Origin: a virus
Lineage: Duplodnaviria > Heunggongvirae > Uroviricota > Caudoviricetes
Virus record (IMG/VR): IMGVR_UViG_2609459792_000007
DNA length: 64,000 bases
Direction: 5' to 3' (one strand)
Part shown: positions 57,731 to 64,000 of the stretch, piece by piece
How positions within the stretch are numbered: position 1 is the stretch's first letter
Layout of the letters: each line of letters starts with the position of its first letter
The notes under the pieces: model-generated
What the model was told of the DNA's origin: nothing
What the model saw: only the letters and a program-made list of their open reading frames with translations
Databases searched by the model: none
Position numbers and translations under genes: made by a program

Positions 57731-58132
57731 ATGTATGTCTTATGCGAAATTGAAGGTGTGCTGGCAAATACAAGCCATCGTAAATCTGTATCTGACGCGG
57801 ATGCAGGCCAGCTCATTGCCGGTGATGAACTCATTTTCCCCACCAGCCGTATGTTGCGTGGTTTTGCTCGCTCAGGGGCTGAAGTGGTGCTTATCAGTAG
57901 CCGCTCTGAAACTCTTGAAGCGCCAACTAAACGATGGCTGAAAGATTTTGGCGTTGATTATGACTGGCTTCATCTCGTACCGAATGGCACCAGTTATGAG
58001 AAGCATATTAAGCGCACATTAGCGGAGCATAAAGGCGATCTGCTTATCGCTGCGCTGGTGCACGATCCTCGACTCCGTGCCGCTTTAGCCGACTCTCACC
58101 ATCGACCGGTCATCTATGAGGTGAGCAAATGA
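57731..58132 (+). CDS. hypothetical protein
   Basis: Start chosen at ATG 57731 (RBS AAGAGG) within the 57671..58132 ORF; no confident motif. Confidence 0.4.
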   Translation: MYVLCEIEGVLANTSHRKSVSDADAGQLIAGDELIFPTSRMLRGFARSGAEVVLISSRSETLEAPTKRWLKDFGVDYDWLHLVPNGTSYEKHIKRTLAEHKGDLLIAALVHDPRLRAALADSHHRPVIYEVSK

Positions 58133-58605
58133 AGATGATCGCTGCTGTTGGCCGTAACTATGAGATCGGCATAGCGAATGAACTCCCCTGGCGTTGTTCT
58201 ACCGATCTGAAGCTATTTAAGAGACTCACCAAAAACGCCACTGTCGTTATGGGGCGTAAAACGATGGAAAGTCTCAAACGCCCTCTTCCAGAGCGTCATA
58301 ACCTCGTTTTGACGCGCTCTCATGGCTTTGTACCAAATGGATTCTACCCTGCTGGTGTGGATGATGTGTTGCGATTACCAGAGCCTGTGTGGGTGATTGG
58401 CGGGGAACAAATTTACTCGCTATTCATGCCGCATGTTGAAGAGATTTGGCTCTCCCACATCGGCGTTGATGTGCCAAACGCTGATGCATTCTTCCCGGCA
58501 AGCATGATGCGTAACTTAGGCTTTGTGCCTGTTGAAACAGCTTATACCCAACGAGCCAGCGAGGAAGAGCCTGGCTTTTCGCAGATCGTATACAGAAGGT
58601 CGTAA
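58129..58605 (+). CDS. folA: dihydrofolate reductase
   Basis: 158 aa; MIAAVGRNYEIG..LPW..DLKLFKRLT..VVMGRKT..SL.RPLPERHN and VIGGEQIY parallel E. coli FolA as recalled. Confidence 0.85.
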   Translation: MKMIAAVGRNYEIGIANELPWRCSTDLKLFKRLTKNATVVMGRKTMESLKRPLPERHNLVLTRSHGFVPNGFYPAGVDDVLRLPEPVWVIGGEQIYSLFMPHVEEIWLSHIGVDVPNADAFFPASMMRNLGFVPVETAYTQRASEEEPGFSQIVYRRS

Positions 58606-59249
58606 TGGATTACCGGATTGGGATCACTGGTGCTCAGGGCAGTGGGAAAACAACCCTGGCTAAATATATCGACAAACATTACGGAATCCCTTACGTGGAT
58701 GCTGGTGTCGGAAGTTTGATGAGCCGCCTCGGTGTTCGAGTAGGTGAGTCTATGACTCTATATGAGCGGCTTCAGATTCAAATGGAAATAGCAAAGCATA
58801 TAGAGCTACTTACGCGTGGTGTTGAAGGCTTTGTTATCGATCGCACACCTGCTGATGTTATGGCCTACACGTTGGATTTGGTCGGCCATACCAATGAAGA
58901 TCGGTGTATTGAGTTAGCCCTCGATATCGAAAAGTTTTGCCACAAAACTGCTATTTCAAACTTTAACGCCATTGCTGGCTTACGCCCGGGAGTCGCTCTC
59001 TCCGAGCGAGATTACTTGCGTTCACAACGAGCATCATTAGACCGTCTGTATGTCGCTCGTATTGATGCGTTGATGTGCGGGGAACTGACAAAAATTCACC
59101 TACATCCGCAAAGGGGAGATCTGCAAACCTTCGTCGTTTCCAACCGATATCGCACAGTTGAAGCAAGAGCCAGATCAGTAATGAGAATGCTAGATAACGC
59201 AGTAGAAAAGATAGAAAACCGCTTCTGTGGCCGAGTGACCGTTCATTAG
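58605..59249 (+). CDS. P-loop NTPase, putative (deoxy)nucleotide kinase
   Basis: 214 aa; Walker A GITGAQGSGKTT at the N-terminus; located in the nucleotide-metabolism cluster. Confidence 0.5.
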   Translation: MDYRIGITGAQGSGKTTLAKYIDKHYGIPYVDAGVGSLMSRLGVRVGESMTLYERLQIQMEIAKHIELLTRGVEGFVIDRTPADVMAYTLDLVGHTNEDRCIELALDIEKFCHKTAISNFNAIAGLRPGVALSERDYLRSQRASLDRLYVARIDALMCGELTKIHLHPQRGDLQTFVVSNRYRTVEARARSVMRMLDNAVEKIENRFCGRVTVH

Positions 59250-59310
59250 AAATTGTTCGCCTCTTCGACATTGCAACAATAAAACTCTCAAAATGGGTTA
59301 AGGATAAAAA

Positions 59311-59730
59311 ATGTTTAGTGAAATGTTGCTTGAAGATGAACTGGATCGGAAAACAACAGAGGCTTTGATTCGTGTAGCGGACGAACATTCCCGGTCGCTT
59401 ATGACCGATCGAGAGGCTCGTCTGGCTATTCGTGCCATATTCGAAACTGCGCAGGGGCTTGTTGGCGCACAAGTAGGTGAAGCCATTAACATCGCCATGT
59501 CTCAGTTCAGTGAAGACAGTAAAAAGCCTCTGTTTCCTATGCATTTGATGCTGGCTGGTGGCACGGTGCTTTATATCTCTGTTTGTCTGGATAGCAACCA
59601 AATCAATATTCTCAACACTGCGTCAGGTAAGTGGAAAGATCCGATTGTCTGTGAAACCAGTGAAGAAACTTTGAAAAAAGCGGCTCAATTTGTACGTAGC
59701 GCACTACTTAAGGGCGCTAAGAAGTTGTAA
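59311..59730 (+). CDS. hypothetical protein
   Basis: 139-aa ORF; no motif recognised. Confidence 0.45.
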   Translation: MFSEMLLEDELDRKTTEALIRVADEHSRSLMTDREARLAIRAIFETAQGLVGAQVGEAINIAMSQFSEDSKKPLFPMHLMLAGGTVLYISVCLDSNQINILNTASGKWKDPIVCETSEETLKKAAQFVRSALLKGAKKL

Positions 59731-59739
59731 GGAGTTCTG

Positions 59740-60297
59740 ATGACAACGATTGTTGCAGGCATCGATATCGAGTCTACGGGACTGGATTTCCTTGCTGGTC
59801 ATAAAATTATTGAAATCGCAATTACCCGCTATGAACTGGAGACACAGAGACATATTGATAGTCTGGAGATGCGTTTTAACCCTCGCAGAAACATAGATCC
59901 GAAAGCTCAAGCCGTTCATGGCATTTCATTGGAACAGCTCGCAGCTGAACCTTTGTTGTCAAATCATGCCAGCGAAATTGGCGCTTATATGGGGGCATGT
60001 AGTGCGTGGATTGCTCATAACGGTGAAGCGTTTGATATACCATTTATTCGACACGAGTTTTCAGGGTATGGAGTAAGACTGCCAGATGTTCCTGTTATAG
60101 ATACTATGTTATCGGGATTGTGGGCCACAGAAGACGGTAAACGTCCCCGCCTTGAAGAGTTGGCCTTCTCTCTTGGCTTTATATACGATCATGCCAAAGC
60201 ACATAGCGCCTTATATGACACAAACTTAATGATGCAATGCTTCTTTAAGGCACGTAATAAGTACGGATTTTTTAAATTACCCTCTGAAATTGTGTAA
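59740..60297 (+). CDS. DnaQ-like 3'-5' exonuclease (DEDDh)
   Basis: 185 aa; Exo I GIDIESTGL, Exo II AHNGEAFDIPFI, C-terminal H..YD. Confidence 0.7.
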   Translation: MTTIVAGIDIESTGLDFLAGHKIIEIAITRYELETQRHIDSLEMRFNPRRNIDPKAQAVHGISLEQLAAEPLLSNHASEIGAYMGACSAWIAHNGEAFDIPFIRHEFSGYGVRLPDVPVIDTMLSGLWATEDGKRPRLEELAFSLGFIYDHAKAHSALYDTNLMMQCFFKARNKYGFFKLPSEIV

Positions 60298-60303
60298 AGC
60301 AAA

Positions 60304-60341
60304 AGCCTACTTTAAAGAGAGTTTAAAGTAGGCTTTCTTTT
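60304..60341 (+). terminator. rho-independent terminator
   Basis: AGCCTACTTTAAA-loop-TTTAAAGTAGGCT followed by TTCTTTT. Confidence 0.7.
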
Positions 60342-60457
60342 AAAGAACAGTCGCCTTTCAATCATTTCCTGCCTGTATTTAATACTTTTCCGCCTGATAG
60401 GTTTAGTCAAAATGTAGCCATCGAAACGCAAATGTAACCAAACAGAAGGAGACTTAC

Positions 60458-61267
60458 ATGAGTTCGGTTGAAAATGTAATGACAAATGATGATCTGGACG
60501 AACTGACAGCTATGTTGCAATCACTTGATGAACCGGTAAAAAAAGCTGCACAGGTTGAGAATACTGATGATATTGACGATCTGCTTCTAGGCCTCGATGC
60601 TGGCGTAGCCATGAGTTCTGATGATGTTGCCGAAGAACTGTTCAATGAAGAAAAAGCAGGTGATTTCAGCTCCGCTTTAAATGAGTTGGAGTTAGCGCAT
60701 GAGCCTATAAACGTAATTAACACTGAAAGTGGTGAAGCTGCCGAAAACGAGCCAGAACAATTGGGATTTATTGAGGTTGAAGATTGTGTTGAGGTTAATG
60801 ATGAATTAAAAGTTCAACAGTCAAATGATAGCAATACAAATAAAAAAGCTCGTACTGCAAGAGGTCCTCGTTTTACTTTAAGTGATAAAGATGATTCGTT
60901 TTTCAATAAAGCAGGCTTAGAAAAAGATATTTTCTTAGACGCTTACGAAAACGCGCCTGTCAAAGCAAAGGATAAGATATTAAACCTTCTTAATTGGTTT
61001 AGCGGAGGTCCAGATATTAGTGTTTACACGGTAATTTCCATGAGACACCTTCTCACAGAAAAGAAGGCTACAAGTAATAGTATTAAGATTGCTTTAATGA
61101 GCAATCCAGAAAAACCGTATCCGCTTAACACTGCGTCAACTCAGGCTGGGCAAATGATGGCTGTATTTCCAGCTACAGGAATTGCTGTTAGAGACGGTGG
61201 AAATCTAACATTGAACGAAGAATCACCGATCGTTAAGAAGTTTGTCGCGGAGTACACTATTGGATGA
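60458..61267 (+). CDS. hypothetical acidic protein
   Basis: 269 aa; highly acidic N-terminal half. Confidence 0.5.
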   Translation: MSSVENVMTNDDLDELTAMLQSLDEPVKKAAQVENTDDIDDLLLGLDAGVAMSSDDVAEELFNEEKAGDFSSALNELELAHEPINVINTESGEAAENEPEQLGFIEVEDCVEVNDELKVQQSNDSNTNKKARTARGPRFTLSDKDDSFFNKAGLEKDIFLDAYENAPVKAKDKILNLLNWFSGGPDISVYTVISMRHLLTEKKATSNSIKIALMSNPEKPYPLNTASTQAGQMMAVFPATGIAVRDGGNLTLNEESPIVKKFVAEYTIG

Positions 61268-61343
61268 CGTTCCCCTACTGAAAATAAAGCCCATAGAGAG
61301 CTTTATAGTGCTGGGTAAGCTAACCCATACCCAGCACCACAAA

Positions 61344-61389
61344 AACGCGTCAGAGAGCTTCTCGTTTGCATTTCTGGCGCGTTTTATTT
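61344..61389 (+). terminator. terminator-like hairpin
   Basis: AACGCGTCAGA..TCTGGCGCGTT (one mismatch) followed by TTATTTG. Confidence 0.5.
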
Positions 61390-61449
61390 GATTGCCAGAC
61401 ATAAAATCAAATGCAAAAATAGGTATTTACTTACCTATCGAGAAAGAAG

Positions 61450-62043
61450 ATGATTGCAGCCGAAAAAATCAAACAGCGAAAGCGCGACAACTCTCTTCGT
61501 GACCTCTGGAGAACACCTGATTGGCTGTTTTCTGCCATTCAACGTTATCTTGGAGTGACATTTGATGTTGACGTTGCCTGCAACAAGGACAATGCAAAGC
61601 TGCCTAATTTCATAGGCGTTGAGCGTGATGCTTTGAAATCTGAATGGGGACAGCCAGGTACAATTGCCTTCCTCAATCCACCCTACTCCAAAATCTCCCC
61701 CTGGATTGATGCGGCTATACGTGAGCAGGCTCGCGGAGTTACAACAGTGATGCTAATTCCTCAATCCCTAGATACAAAGTGGTATGAGCGTGCAACAGAG
61801 TGTGCGAATGAGACGATTATTCTGTCTGGTGGCCGCGTAGCGTTTGTCGAGCCTGACGTCAATCTGGGTCAGGTAGAAGTAAACATCAACCCAGGTGGCA
61901 GTATGCTCGTTGTTTTTCGAGGATTCTGTCAGGACGCTGGGCACTCTATAAGCAAGATCCCTTTGGACGTCATGAAAAGTCTGGGAGGGTATGATCCTGC
62001 GAATGTGATCAGGAAAAAAAGACCATCAAAGAAGGCTGCTTAG
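61450..62043 (+). CDS. dam: DNA N6-adenine methyltransferase (phage Dam-type)
   Basis: 197 aa; catalytic motif FLNPPYS; size and motif fit the small phage N6-adenine methyltransferase family; target specificity not determinable. Confidence 0.7.
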   Translation: MIAAEKIKQRKRDNSLRDLWRTPDWLFSAIQRYLGVTFDVDVACNKDNAKLPNFIGVERDALKSEWGQPGTIAFLNPPYSKISPWIDAAIREQARGVTTVMLIPQSLDTKWYERATECANETIILSGGRVAFVEPDVNLGQVEVNINPGGSMLVVFRGFCQDAGHSISKIPLDVMKSLGGYDPANVIRKKRPSKKAA

Positions 62044-62064
62044 TTTGTTCTGGCGTCTGTAATT

Positions 62065-62123
62065 AGCCTGCTTCTGTATATATAAATAACTACATATTAA
62101 TTATTAATATACGGAAGCAGGCT
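62065..62123. repeat. long AT-looped hairpin element, copy B
   Basis: AGCCTGCTTCTGTATATAT..ATATACGGAAGCAGGCT; shares flanking TTCTGGCGTCT with copy A at 15817-15871; followed by GTTTTGT. Confidence 0.7.
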
Positions 62124-62204
62124 GTTTTGTATCAGAGACTCCAGACCTGAACATCACTACAGAATCCACTAGAACCCCTTCCCAGACGCTTTAAAATCGA
62201 TTTT

Positions 62205-62459
62205 ATGAATCACTTTAAGGAAACTAACATGTCATACCCGACTAATGTCGTTGCGCTCGTAGAGAGCGATTTTCTGGCCCAGGCCCGTGAAATGATGAAA
62301 GATCGCGAGCAGGCTTTCAACTTGTACGAATGGGCAATTAAGTGCTTGCATCTTGGGGAGCATCGCGAACTTGTTGAACAGCTTTTAGGTGAGTTGATCA
62401 ACGAGGTGTTTGCCTTGAATGTTCAACTACATGGTCGAGAAAATAATCAATCGAAATGA
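62205..62459 (+). CDS. hypothetical protein
   Basis: 84-aa ORF; no motif recognised. Confidence 0.45.
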   Translation: MNHFKETNMSYPTNVVALVESDFLAQAREMMKDREQAFNLYEWAIKCLHLGEHRELVEQLLGELINEVFALNVQLHGRENNQSK

Positions 62460-63043
62460 TAGATAAGTACAAACTATTCATAAAGTGAATTGTAAGTGCT
62501 AAGATCTGATAGTTTCCAGTCGTAGACTGGAGACTCGACCTGATGGGTGGGGGTAAGCGTCACTGGCGTCAGGTTTAAAAAAGCTCACTACCAGCGTAGA
62601 ACCGGTGCCGTTTAGGTGTCGGGGAAGGGGGAACCAAAGTGAGCGGAGACAAGGGTCACTTTATGATTGTCGAGTCTGGGGTGTTTCGAGAGGTTGAATC
62701 CAGTACTCCCCTTCATAAAGTGTGGGAAGATCTCGGTTCTGGGGTGCTGTCATCCATAACTTCCCAAGTCTAAGCTGGCAGTAGACTTAGGCCATAACTT
62801 TTCAGGTTATGAAACGACCAGGTTGGTGAGGGATTTTTATACTCACCTCCCTGGGAGAGTATTACCTGAAAAGACAACCTCTCACTTCGTTCGAGGTGAA
62901 CTTCACTCACTTCGTTCGTTCAGTTCAGGTTTATAAAAACCTGTTCTGGGAAGTAATTTGTTTATTTTAATAATTATTAACACGCACGCGTGTGCGCACG
63001 CGCGAGGAAAAAAATCGGCGCGGCGCTTGATTCAGGAGTTTAT

Positions 63044-63634
63044 ATGACGACGAAGACACCAGCCCGATCGCAAGAAAAAACTCGCAAAAAAGCCAAAAAC
63101 AAAACTTCTCCCCGCACCAATTCCACAACGCCTGTCGTAGAGTTCAATCCCCAGCTTAAAACCGTGAAAATCTTCAGTGATGGCTCTTGCCTTAAAAATC
63201 CGGGTGGCCCGGGCGGTTACGGTATAGTTCTCCAGTATCGTGGTGAGGAACGCGAGTTCTCAGATGGTTTTCATAGCACCACCAATAACCGCATGGAGAT
63301 GATGGGGGCACTTATCGGGCTGGAGCGTTTGAAATATCCATGCAACGTTATTTTGCACTCTGATAGCCAGTATCTGAAAAACGGCATGACACTGTGGATG
63401 AAATGGTGGAAACGCAATGGATGGATGACTTCTGACAAAAAACCGGTAAAGAATGTTGATCTGTGGAAGCGTCTGGATGAGGCCGCAAGTCGACATAATG
63501 TTCGCTGGAAGTGGGTTAAAGGCCACGCCGGGCATCGTGAAAATGAAATATGTGATCGACTCGCGAAGATCGCAGCTTTTTCCGCAGCAGATATGCCTCA
63601 CAAGAAAGATATTGGTTTTGTTTATAACAAATAG
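63044..63634 (+). CDS. rnhA: ribonuclease HI
   Basis: [69 protein letters not shown] parallels E. coli RnhA as recalled; start placed at ATG 63044 (RBS CAGGAG) rather than ORF-track 62990, which lies in a GC palindrome. Confidence 0.85.
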   Translation: MTTKTPARSQEKTRKKAKNKTSPRTNSTTPVVEFNPQLKTVKIFSDGSCLKNPGGPGGYGIVLQYRGEEREFSDGFHSTTNNRMEMMGALIGLERLKYPCNVILHSDSQYLKNGMTLWMKWWKRNGWMTSDKKPVKNVDLWKRLDEAASRHNVRWKWVKGHAGHRENEICDRLAKIAAFSAADMPHKKDIGFVYNK

Positions 63635-63782
63635 TAAGTAAGTCTTTACCTATCATTTTAAATCATGTATCTTATCGGCGTCAGGATGACAATGTGTCGG
63701 TAAGACACAGTTCCAGGATGGAACGAGAAAGGCGGCTGGCAATCGCCAGCCGCAACTCTTTCTGACACTGGATGGAGTCCAC

Positions 63783-64000
63783 ATGGCACGTCAAACCTAT
63801 TTCACTTCTGCAACTAAACGTCCTCGTTCACTACGTCAAATTTTGGCCGAATTATTTAGCGGTCGTGTTCTGTCACGTCTTGATGAACTAGAGACTGCCG
63901 TTCGGTTGCTGAATGAACGTTTAGATAAGCAAGCGTCAGTTGTTGCGAACGTGGGGGCGATTGTTACCTCTGGTTCTTCACGCGAAGCGAAAAGTACACG
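63783..64000 (+). CDS. hypothetical protein, N-terminal fragment running off the window
   Basis: ATG at 63783 (MARQTYFTSATKRP..) open to the window edge; no motif recognised. Confidence 0.35.
   Translation, partial: MARQTYFTSATKRPRSLRQILAELFSGRVLSRLDELETAVRLLNERLDKQASVVANVGAIVTSGSSREAKST

Noticed and set aside
62990-63043. ORF-track start of rnhA at 62990
   Set aside because: That start lies inside a GC-rich palindrome with no RBS; ATG at 63044 has an AGGAG RBS and gives a more plausible N-terminus.

Overview
This window reads as a contiguous piece of an enterobacterial phage-plasmid genome, almost entirely transcribed on the + strand; the overall organisation resembles what I recall of SSU5/pHCM2-like elements, but that is recollection, not a search result. 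Order of content: (1) a lambda-like tail tip module (C-terminal end of a K-like gene, gpI-like, a 1576-aa gpJ-like central fibre with a tandem coiled-coil repeat stalk, and a 1385-aa Stf-like side fibre with a C-terminal chaperone-like domain); (2) a probable lysis cassette with an overlapping Rz/Rz1-like pair; (3) a ParA/small ParB-like partition locus; (4) a GIY-YIG endonuclease gene on the opposite strand; (5) a replication block (DnaB-like helicase, primase, ATP-dependent ligase); (6) four tRNA genes (Asn, Tyr, Thr, Ser), a glutaredoxin, an N-terminally atypical tyrosine recombinase and a divergently oriented HTH repressor; (7) a CobT-like vWA / CobS-like AAA+ pair, a DnaE-type polymerase, and a T4-style recombination set (UvsY-like, gp32-like SSB, FEN, RecA-like); (8) an SPFH lipoprotein and a block of nine uncharacterised genes; (9) a P1-type plasmid replicon (RepA on the minus strand flanked on both sides by iteron arrays, with DnaA boxes and a GATC cluster); (10) SbcD/SbcC-like nucleases, a RuvC-like resolvase, and a nucleotide-metabolism cluster (NrdA, NrdB, ThyA, DHFR, a P-loop kinase, DnaQ-like exonuclease, Dam-type methyltransferase, RNase HI). 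No named defence system was recognised. The most interesting unexplained signals are a palindromic AAGTA/TACTT-type motif recurring at about 18 intergenic sites, a uniform AAAGGAAAAACACATG start context on at least nine genes, two copies of a long conserved hairpin element, two ORF-free structured regions (22935-23680 and 62470-63040), and the uncharacterised gene block next to the downstream iteron array. All protein calls rest on motifs read by eye and remembered family sequences; no database search or computation was run.
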